From the NCBI GenBank assembly GCA_030390025.1, contig CM059448.1, forward strand, positions 6,386,001 to 6,450,000: DNA of 64,000 bases, written 5' to 3'. Below are positions 1-9,105 of this stretch, one piece after another; position 1 is the stretch's first letter, and the number at the start of each line of letters is the position of its first letter. The notes under the pieces are model-generated. The model was not told the origin of the DNA, made no database searches, and was given only the letters and a program-made list of their open reading frames with translations. Origin of the DNA: Squalus acanthias. Its lineage: Eukaryota. Made by a program: the position numbers and the translations under genes.

Positions 1-381
1 CAGGCCAGGCAACATCCGTGGAGAGCGAAACAGAGTTAACGTTTCAGGTCGATGACCCTTCGTCAGAACTGAGAAAAGAGCAGGAAATAGAACAGATAAA
101 AATGCTGGGGGGAGGGATAACTATAGTAAGTAGAGACATTAAGAGATGCTCAAGGCAAGACGAGATGGTAATGGGACAGGTTAAGAAACAAAAGATGAAG
201 TGTGAAATGCTGGCAGAATGAGAGACAGCTGCCGTAGGGGGAGAGAGAGAAAAAAAAAGGGAAAAGGCACGGACCAAAAGGGTGGATAAAATGTATATAT
301 ATATGGTAGGGGCCGAGGTTATGATCTGAAATTGTTGAACTCGATATTGAGTCCGGAAGGCTGTAAAGTGCCTAAACGAAA
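1..381 (-). mobile_element. Penelope-like retroelement 3' end (C-terminus of GIY-YIG ORF, 3' UTR and pLTR with hammerhead motif), running off the left edge
   Basis: Minus strand 381->319 translates FRLGTLQPSGLNIEFNNFRS*, resembling the typical C-terminal motif of PLE GIY-YIG domains. It is followed by a pyrimidine-rich UTR and a hammerhead core at 70->34. Confidence 0.75.
34..70 (-). ncRNA. Minimal type I hammerhead ribozyme motif (PLE family A)
   Basis: Minus strand reads AGUU-CUGACGA-agggucaucgaccu-GAAAC-GUU-AACU: intact core boxes, stem II (gguc/gacc), 4-bp stem I (AGUU/AACU) and palindromic AACGUU in place of stem III. Confidence 0.7.
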
Positions 382-974
382 TACTTTGACGTAGCTGACA
401 TTTTCTCCTATAAAAATAAATCAGCTGTCTCTGTTTGATGTGTTGGCCATTCTTTGTAAACATATTAGTCATATTGCAGATGTAGAATGGCAGGGTTGGT
501 ATTCTGCAAGGATGAGATGGGCTAAAAGGATTTCCAGCTATCATCTTGTGATGTAAAAACTGCTGTTGTTTTCAGAAGACTGTTATGGCAACCCCAGGCA
601 AGTCAACACTTTTTATTTCCAAAAAGAAAATGAACCACACCTAAAGCAACTATTGAGTTGATTTGAGTTATAAGCTGTAATGCAATGTCAGGATTCAGTG
701 CTGTTAACAAAACACTTTTTAACTTTGTGCTCAAGTTTATTACAAACCCTCACTTGCACTACATTTGAACTCAATTGTTTTTATTATTCAGCATCATGCA
801 TATTTTTTTAAATCGAGAAACTTGGTGAAGGGCCCAAGGTCTAAATACAGGACACCCGTCAAGGTTCACAAGAAAGGAAGTAATAAATCAGTCATGAGGT
901 GACGCCAAACATAAATTTTATCCCCTATTTATTTTAAAAACAACACTTGATTCGCGTATTAAGTGATATAACAA

Positions 975-1765
975 TGTTATGATGATCTGGAAATACACTG
1001 CCTTAAAGGGTGGTGGAAGCAGATTCAGTAGTAACTTTCAAAAGGAATAAGCAATTTTAAAATTTTCATCCTTGTTTTCAAATCCCACCATGGCCTCGCC
1101 TATTTCTACAACCTCCCGCCAGCCCTACAACGCTCTTATAATTCGCGGCTCCTCCAATTCTGGCCTCCTGCGCAGCCCCGATTTTGATCGCTCCATCGTT
1201 GGCGGCCGTGCCTTGAGCTGCTTAAGCCCTAAGTTCTGGAATTCCCTCCCTAAACCTCTCCGCGCCTCTCTTCTCCTTTAAGACGCTCCTTAAAATCTGC
1301 CAAGCTTTTGGTCACCTGTCCTAAAAGCTCCTTATGTGGCTCGGTGTCAAATTTTGTTTGATAACTCTCCTGTGAAGCGCCTTGGGACGTGTTACTACGT
1401 TAAAGGCGCTAAATAAATGTAAGTTGTTGTTGAAACAGCAGGGGGAGTGTGACTAATTAGATAACTCTAATTGGGGGTTCTGAATCTTTGGAATTCTCTA
1501 CCCCAAAAGGCTGAGGATGCTGAATCGCTGAGTATATTCGAAGCTGAGATAAATAGATTTTTGGACTCTCGGGGAATCAAGAGATATGGAGATCAGGCGG
1601 GAAAGTGGAGTTGAGGTTGAAGATCAGCCATGATCTTATTGAATGGCGGAGCAAGCTCGAGGGGCCGGATGGCCTATTCCTCCTAATTCTTATGTTCTCT
1701 TTCAGAGAGCAGGCACGATGGGCTGAATGGCCTCCTCCTTGTGCTGTATATGATTCTATAATTGC
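975..1765 (+). mobile_element. Nested cluster: CR1 3' end interrupted by an L2 3' fragment (about 1050-1432) and a second CR1 3' end (about 1470-1698)
   Basis: L2-type tail GGCGCTAAATAAATGTAAGTTGTTGTTG near 1405-1432. CR1-type tails GATCAGCCATGATCTTATTGAATGGCGGAGC...TTCTTATGTT and GGGCTGAATGGCCTCCTCC...GATTCTAT. Confidence 0.7.
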
Positions 1766-1878
1766 ATAATGACGGAAAGAATCTTGTGCATCCTTATAAA
1801 AGTGTTGAGCCCTCGATCTCAATCCAACACAAGTGCGCCAAAGAGTTGTTTTGATCGTGTCAAGCTCAGTGATTTCAA

Positions 1879-2161
1879 CACAATAGCAAAATACTGCGGA
1901 TGCCGGAAATCCGAAATAACAACAGAAAATACTGGAAACACTCAGCGGGTCAGGCAGCATATCCGTGGAGAGAGAGAAACAGAGTTAACGTTAGAAATAA
2001 CAACAGAAAAAACGCTGGAAAAACTCAGCAGGCCAGGCAGCATCCGTGGAGAGAGAAACCGAGTTAACGTTTCAGGTCGAAGACCTTTCGTCAGATCCGT
2101 TTCTCTCTCCACAGATATGCTGGCTGACCTGCTGAGTGTTTCCAGCATTTCTGTTGTTATT
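1879..2161. mobile_element. Composite Penelope pLTR insertion: two tandem units plus an inverted unit, with a hammerhead core in the hairpin loop
   Basis: Units at about 1885-1992 and 1993-2094 match 1-66, and 2097-2165 is their reverse complement. Flanked by direct repeat TCAGTGATTTCAA (1866-1878, 2162-2174). Minus-strand CUGACGA-aagguc-uuc-gaccu-GAAACGUU at 2094->2066. Confidence 0.75.
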
Positions 2162-2656
2162 TCAGTGATTTCAATCTGGGTTGCTGCTGGTAGGAATTGT
2201 GCAAGGTGAACACGCATGACTTTCCAAGCACCAGTCCAAGAATAAAGAGATCAGGTGATTCAGTTAGCAGCAAGAGGCCATGTGCCCTTCCCTGTGGACA
2301 GTCCAGAGGGAGCCATTGCCCCAGTGGACATGTTGAAGGGCCTTTGGCACCTGTCAATCAAGCCTCGAGTTTACATAAGGGCCGGAAATAAAGCACAGGC
2401 CCGGGAACGTCCTCCACAAGGGCCATGTCTTTCAAAACAACAGATCATTGCCTGGATTAAGTCACATGAATATCTTTTCCCTCACCACCCACACAATGCA
2501 ACAATGTGTTAAAGCAGGTTTATGAATGGATGGGCTCAAGTGAAAGGGATTTTTAAGGGCTTTCTTTTTTTTAAAATAATAATATGGGGACAGAAAGGGG
2601 AGGGACTATTTGGTAGGCGGCGGATGAGCACGGACGGAGTGCGCCGCGTGCAGCGT

Positions 2657-2664
2657 GTAAACAA
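2657..2664 (+). promoter_or_regulatory. FOXO consensus binding element GTAAACAA
   Basis: Exact consensus match inside the CpG island, about 300 bp upstream of the TATA box. Function is inferred. Confidence 0.5.
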
Positions 2665-2955
2665 ACCTCGCGGAGTGATACGCGGCTCGCACGGGCAGTG
2701 CGAAGGCAGCGTGCCGGAGGAGGCGGAGGAGTACCGAGGGGAAAAAAAACCAAACCGTTATAACACCCCGCCGCCCCGGTGTCGGTGTCGAGCGCCGCCC
2801 TCGGCATCGAGTCGGGGACCCTCACATTTCCCCCAACGGTGAGAAAACCCCGCGGGGAAAGCGGCCGCCAAGCGCTCTGAGCAGGGAGGGAAAGGGCGCA
2901 CTCTTTGGCGGAGGTGGAAGGAGACGGTGACGCGGGGGCGGGCGTGCCGCGGCCC

Positions 2956-2963
2956 TATATAAA
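2956..2963 (+). promoter_or_regulatory. TATA box (TATATAAA) in GC-rich context
   Basis: CCC-TATATAAA-GCGCGG preceded by a GC box and a TGACGC CRE-like half site. Predicts a TSS near 2985-2995. Confidence 0.55.
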
Positions 2964-3434
2964 GCGCGGTGCGGCGGCCGGCTCGTTATAGCCGGTCAGT
3001 CGGCGGCGGCGGAGGAGGGCGGAGTGTGCGGCAGCTAGGCGGCGGGTTAAAGTTAAAACCGCTGCCATGACAAAAGAAACAATAAATAAAATAACCGTCT
3101 AAGTCTCAGTAACAACAACAACAACAGCCATCAAAAAAAAAAAGAACCTCCAATCTTTGGGAAGTTTTAATCTTGTTTCCACTATATATATATATATAAA
3201 ATATATATTTAATACTAAGTATGCGCAGAATTCAAGCACCAGTGGAATGGGATTATGGTGGGAGAGCTGCTGCTTCTTCTTCAGAGCTGCTGGCGGTCAT
3301 TGGGAAAGTCGGGGTTTGCTGCGTGAGTTATTTTGTGAGGGAGGAAGCAACGCTGCCCGCGGCGACCGCCGCTTCTTCGGCCACCACTCCTGCCGCCTCC
3401 TTTTTCTCCTCTTAGCCCCTCGGCAGTGCTGGCG

Positions 3435-3524
3435 ATGGAGGCCGTGGGCGATTTCGAGTACAACAGGAAAGATCTGATCGGACACGGAGCCTTCGCGGTG
3501 GTCTTTAAAGGCCGCCACAGGAAG
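3435..3524 (+). CDS. ULK2: ULK2 coding exon 1 ([30 protein letters not shown]), Gly-rich loop
   Basis: ATG in good Kozak context (GGCGATGG), 90 nt, donor AAG|GTAATG. Short N-terminus as in ULK2. Confidence 0.95.
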
Positions 3525-3732
3525 GTAATGAGATGCGGGAGGGGAGGGGACTCGCTTGATGTTATTATTTAAAAGCTGGGTGTGTTTTTTTATGACTTAA
3601 GTTGCCGTTAGCGCTGTAAGGTGTTTGGATTATCGCTTGCATTTTGCGTGCAAACTTATGGGAGCTCTTTGCAAATGTTTCCCAGACATATGGCAATATA
3701 GTTTTCATATACAAGTTTATAGAAAGTTATAA

Positions 3733-5400
3733 TGTGTGTGTGTATGTGTATTGTGTGTGTATGGTATGTGTATGTAATGTGTATAATGTATGCATGTAGT
3801 GTATGCGTGGTGTGTGTGTGGTATGCGTGTAGTGTGTGTGGTATGCGTGTAGTGTGTGTGTGGTATGCGTGTAGTGTGTGTGGTATGCGTGTAGTGTGTG
3901 TGGTATGCGTGTAGTGTGTGGTATGCGTGTAGTGTGTGGTATGCGTGTAGTGTGTGGTATGCGTGTAGTGTGTGGTATGCGTGTAGTGTGTGTGGTATGC
4001 GTGTAGTGTGTGTGGTATGCGTGTACTGTGTGTGGTATGCGTGTAGTGTGTGTGTGGTATGCGTGGTGTGTGTGGTATGCGTGTAGTGTGTGTGGTATGC
4101 GTGTAGTGTGTGTGTGGTATGCGTGGTGTGTGTGGTATGCGTGGTGTGTGTGTGGTATGCGTGTAGTGTGTGGTATGCGTGTCGTGTGTGGTATGCGTGT
4201 AGTGTGTGTGTGTGTGGTATGCTTGTAGTGTGTGTGTGGTATGCGTGTAGTGTGTGTGGTATGCGTGTAGTGTGTGTGTGTGGTATGCGTGTAGTGTGTG
4301 TGTGTGGTATGCGTGTAGTGTGTGTGTGTGGTATGCGTGTAGTGTGTGTGTGGTATGCGTGTAGTGTGTGTGGTATGCGTGTAGTGTGTGTGTGGTATGC
4401 GTGTAGTGTGTGTGTGTGGTATGCGTGTAGTGTGTGTGTGTGGTATGCGTGTAGTGTGTGTGTGGTATGCGTGTAGTGTGTGTGGTATGCGTGTAGTGTG
4501 TGTGTGTGGTATGCGTGTAGTGTGTGTGTGTGGTATGCGTGTAGTGTGTGTGTGTGGTATGCGTGTAGTGTGTGTGTGTGGTATGCGTGTAGTGTGTGTG
4601 TGTGGTATGCGTGTAGTGTGTGTGTGTGGTATGCGTGTAGTGTGTGTGGTATGCGTGTAGTGTGTGTGTGTGGTATGCGTGTAGTGTGTGTGTGGTATGC
4701 GTGTAGTGTGTGTGTGTGGTATGCGTGTAGTGTGTGTGTGGTATGCGTGTAGTGTGTGTGTGGTATGCGTGTAGTGTGTGTGTGTGGTATGCGTGTAGTG
4801 TGTGTGTGTGGTATGCGTGTAGTGTGTGTGTGTGGTGTGCGTGTAGTGTGTGTGTGGTGTGCGTGTAGTGGGGGGTGTGCGTGTAGTGGGGGGTGTGCGT
4901 GTAGTGGGGGGGGTGTGCGTGTAGTGGGGGGGTGTGCGTGTAGTGTGTGTGTGGGGTGTGCGTGTAGTGTGTGTGTGGGGTGTGCGTGTAGTGTGTGTGT
5001 GGGGTGTGCGTGTAGTGTGTGTGTGGGGTGTGCGTGTAGTGTGTGCGTGGGGTGTGCGTGTAGTGTGTGCGTGGGGTGTGCGTGTAGTGTGTGCGTGGGG
5101 TGTGCGTGTGGGGTGTGCGTGTGGTGTGCGTGTGGGGTGTGCGTGTGGTGTGCGTGTGGGGTGTGCGTGTAGTGTGTGTGGGGTGTGCGTGGTGTGCGTG
5201 TGGTGTGTATGCGTGTGCGCGTGGTATGCGTGTAGTGTGTGTGCGCGTGGTATGCGTGTAGTGTGTGGTATGAGTGTATGTTATGTGTGTATAAATGTAT
5301 GATGTGTGTATGATGGTGTGTGGGCGTGTATATATTATGTATATATATATTTTATGTGTGTGTATGTATATATATATATATATATATAATATATATGAGA
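3733..5400. repeat. GT-rich minisatellite, core TGGTATGCGTGTAG(TG)n, with G-run variants and a terminal (TA)n
   Basis: Directly visible tandem array with a variable period of roughly 18-24 bp. It explains the low-complexity ORFs on both strands. Confidence 0.97.
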
Positions 5401-5742
5401 GAGCATAGCTATAGATTACATGTATCTTATAGTCACTCATGATTTCTGCAGGAGTTGTGACACTTTTTGCTCTGTTTATTGCTGTTGACTATATTTTTCA
5501 CTGCCATGGTCTTGTGTTTTGGGAATTTTCAGTTACCAATATCCATAGCTCTGTCTCAAGTGGTGCAATGCATCTCATGCATAATCGATGACCATTTGCC
5601 AACATGGGCTTGACAGTACACCTTTCTCTCTCTTCCCCCCCTCCCCCCCCTCCCCCCCCCTAAAAAGAACAAAAGTTTCCTCTCGGTGCCTGACAATGCA
5701 TTATTTTTCTTCATGATCGTCTCATGCTGTTCTTGTTTTAAA

Positions 5743-7827
5743 ATTGCAGCCAAGAACGAGAATCCCAAAGGGTGTGTTGCCTACCCGGTGCCAGGGTAAG
5801 GGATATCTCACGGCGGCTGGAGAAGAACTTGGAAAGGGAGGAGGTAAATCCAGTTGTCGTGGTCCATGTTGGAACAAACGACATCGGTAGGAAAAGGGAG
5901 GAGGTCCTGCTGAAAGAGTATCAGGAGCTAGGCTCTAAATTAAAAAGCAGGACCTCGAGGGTAATAATCTCTGGATTACTGCCCGAGCCACGTGCAAATT
6001 GGCATAGAAGCAGACAGATCAGGAGAATTAACACATGGCTAAAGGGCTGGCGTGGGAAAGAGGGGTTCCTTTTCATGGGACACTGGCACCAGTTCTGGGA
6101 CAGGAAGGAGCTGTACCGATGGGACGGGCTCCACCTGAATGGGATGGGACCCATGTCCTAGCGGAAAGGGTAAATAGGGAGGTGGCAAAAACTTTAAATT
6201 AGTAAGATGGGGGAGGGATCTACAAGAAAAGTAACCAGCCTAATTATAAACAAAATAGGAAAAGAGAGCATAGGAAAGAATAAAGTAAGGGAGGACATTG
6301 ATGGCAAGGGAATAAATAGAGTTATAGAACAGGAGTCTAACAAGATGGTTAAACATAAAGTGAGAGGAAATCCTATTAAAAATTAGTTAAACTGTCTGTA
6401 CAGCAATGCACACAGTGTCCGTAATAAAACAGGGGAGTTGGAGGCAATTATGCGTTGCGAGGAACCAGACATAGTATTTACTGAGACATGGCTACAGAAA
6501 AATCAGGACTGGGAATTAAACATTAGAGGGGGGAAAAGGAGAGGTGGAGTATCTGTACTTATTAGGGATAACATAATGACGGTAGAAAAAAGTGACGCAG
6601 CTATCATCAAGACAGAAATAGAATCCATATGGATAGAGATAAAGGATAATGAAGGATCAATCACACTAATAGGTGTAGTCTACAGACCACCTAATAGCGG
6701 AAGGGAGGTGGAGGAAGAAATATGCAGACAAATTAGGGAAATGAGTAAAAAACATAGAATAATAATCAACTACCCCAATAATAATTGTACAGAAGAGGTA
6801 GGTAAAGGAGATAAGGGAATGGAGTTCCTTCAATGTGTACAGGACTCCTTTCTAACCCAATATGTAAAAAGCCCAACAAGGGAGGATTCGCTATTGGATC
6901 TAGTAATGGTGAATGAACCAGAGCAGATAAGAGAAGTAAAAGTAGGGGAACATCAAGGCAATAGTGACCATCATATAATACGCTTTAAGATGATAATTGA
7001 GAAGGACATAAGTATGACAAAAACCAGGGTAATAGATTGGAGAAAAGCTGATTTTATGGGGCAGAGAATAGAACTTGGGAAAATAAAATGGGCAACAATA
7101 TTGGCAAACGACGATGTAGAACAGCAGTGGGAAACATTTAAAATGGTGTTCAACAGAGTGCAAGAACAATATATTCTGCTAAAAGGAAAGAACAAACTAA
7201 ACGCTAATGAGACTCCATGGATGATTAAAGCCATAAGGGAACAATTGAGGGTAAGGAAAGAGGCATACATTAAGTACATAGACAGCAGGGGAGTGCATGA
7301 TAAGGGAGAATACGAAGAGATTAGGAGAGAAGTAAAGAAGGCAAAGAGAAACTATGAAATTAAATTATCAAGGAAATTCAAGGGTTAAATTACGAGGAGA
7401 GATTACACAATCAAGGGTTGTATTCCCTGGAATTTAGAAGGTTAAGGGGTGATCTGATCGAAGTTTTCAGAATATTGAGGTAAACAGATAGGCTAGATAG
7501 AAACTATTTCTGCTGGTTGGTGAGTCTCGGACTAGGGGACAGACATGGTCTAAAAATTAGAGCCAGACCTTTCAGTAGTGAAATTAGGAAACACTTCTAC
7601 ACACAAAGGGTGGTAGAAATTTGGAACTCTCTTCCGCAAACGGCAATTGATGCTAGATCAATTGTTAATTTTAAATCTGAGATTGATAGATGTTTGTTAA
7701 CCAAAGGTATTAAGGGATATGGGGCAAAAGCGGATATATGGAGTTAGGTCACAGATCAGCCATGACCTCATTGAATGGCGGAACAGGTTCGAGGGGCTAA
7801 ATGGGCCCCTCGTGTTCCTATGTTCCT
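5743..7827 (+). mobile_element. CR1 LINE, internally deleted: ORF1 esterase (SGNH-like) part, ORF2 APE endonuclease, then 3' end; RT core absent
   Basis: 5772-6161 CCLPGARV..VVVHVGTNDIG..DGLHLN. 6438-7388 TETWL, GVVYRPPNS, LLDLV, SDH. The sequence jumps near 7379 to the C-terminal region (KHFYTQRVVEIWNSLP) and a CR1 tail ending TTCCTATGTTCCT. Confidence 0.9.
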
Positions 7828-7844
7828 CATTAAGTTAGTGTCTC

Positions 7845-8220
7845 AGTTTCTCCTGAGAGTAGCAACTTACGCTGGGATGTGGTTGCACTGGTAGCCTCTG
7901 GTACCTCAGCCAAATTTTTCATATGTGACCCTCGACAATGAGTAGTGACAGGATGTTTGGTTGTGGAGAGCAGTCACAGTCAAGCCAATTCTGTCCGTGT
8001 ACAAGTTTTCCACTGGGCTCACTGGACAATAATCAGGAATTTTACCAGTTTATTCTTCTCCCCACATCTCCTCCTTGCCCAGGAATGCAGTGATCAATGG
8101 TTGTGACCCCAGTACTGCCCTGTTTTAGATATCTAGGACAGACCAGGGACTGGCCCTGGAATCCTCCTGATCCCTATATCCACACCAAGCCGTGGATTTA
8201 CTCATCGAGTTATTGGAGAT
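7845..8220 (-). mobile_element. Degenerate LF-SINE-like element
   Basis: Reverse complement is similar to the copies at 42150 and 62500 (tRNA-like head, AGCAACTTACGCTGGG tail, TCAAGCCAATTCTGTCC block). Confidence 0.55.
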
Positions 8221-8714
8221 CCCATTTTTCCAATTTTTGATTTGTTCCCACACAAGTGTCCATTTTGAGACAAAAAGACCAATAGGCAGAGCTCCATTAA
8301 TGCTGCTGCTAACCTGGCCATTAAGAAGCACGGAAGAGCAGTGCAGGTTGTCTTATCTTTGAATTTCTCTTTGCTTATGCAGGGCTAGATCAGGGAATTG
8401 CAGGATCTGTACTAGTGTAATTGGTGTACAAATGTAATGTGTCATTGAGCTATCCCCAGATTCATTTTGATTTTAAAGAGAGGCTCAGTATAAAGCTTTC
8501 AACAGAGTAATGATATGGACTGAAATGATTACAGAATTTAAGGAAAAGCAACATTATTTGGACAGCTCTGAAAATTTGAGGATACTTAGTTTTGTTAGAT
8601 GTAAGGAGTGATACAGTGTGTTGGTGCACCAATGTGAAACAATACAATAGTGGGGTTTGCTCGTATTGAAATCTGTCACGTCGTAGTGGAAAGATGCCAA
8701 ACAGAAGCCAGTTG

Positions 8715-9105
8715 TCTCTTATCACATCCTCAGGATGTCCAAAGCCCATCACATTTCTGGAGTGCAGCCAATGTATACACAGCAAGATGCCACAAACAGC
8801 AAGTCAGATGATTGAACATTTAATCTTGTTTTGCTTGAATGAGGAATGTTGGCCAGGCTATTGGTAGAACTCTGTTCTTATCAATTGATATGGGGTTCTT
8901 TTGTGCCCATCTGAATCACCAGATCAAATGGATGGAGCCTATATTTAATATGTTATCCAAAACACAGCACCTCTGGCAACGCAGCACTCCCTCAGTATTG
9001 CACTCAAATGTCAGCCTGGCTTATGTATCCAAGTCCTGGAGTGGGGCTTGAGCCCACAACCTTCTAACTGAGAGGTGAGAGTGTTACCAACTGAGCCAAG
9101 CTGAT
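8715..9105 (-). mobile_element. DeuSINE (SacSINE1-like) tRNA-derived SINE
   Basis: Minus-strand tRNA-like head (TCAGCTTGGCTCAGTTGG...GGGCTCAAGCCCCAC), body homologous to 56545 and 61590, L2-like tail. Confidence 0.7.

Larger units (their letters stand above)
2610..3550 (+). promoter_or_regulatory. CpG island / promoter and first exon region of ULK2
   Basis: Abrupt GC- and CpG-rich block in CpG-poor DNA, with GGGCGG boxes (about 2936, 3017), directly upstream of and including the first coding exon. Confidence 0.85.

Noticed and set aside
1769-2217. 146-aa and 91-aa ORFs over the hairpin
   Set aside because: Chance frames across the tandem/inverted Penelope units. The repeated peptides mirror the DNA repeat.
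2522-2842. Divergent or upstream protein-coding exon in the CpG island (ORFs 2522-2842 on + and 2571-2825 on -)
   Set aside because: GC-rich low-complexity translations with no recognisable homology, and no downstream exons found in 1-2500. Antisense non-coding transcription cannot be excluded.
3081-3090. AATAAA poly(A) signal in the leader
   Set aside because: It lies within an A-rich low-complexity tract close to the predicted TSS, with no clear GU-rich downstream element.
3656-5440. 594-aa His/Thr-rich ORF (minus strand) and overlapping Cys/Val-rich plus-strand ORFs
   Set aside because: These are translations of the GT minisatellite. The absence of stops follows from repeat composition, and there is no protein-like structure.
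5772-7388. Host esterase or nuclease genes nested in intron 1
   Set aside because: The motifs, their order and the attached tail identify CR1 ORF1/ORF2 remnants with disruptions.
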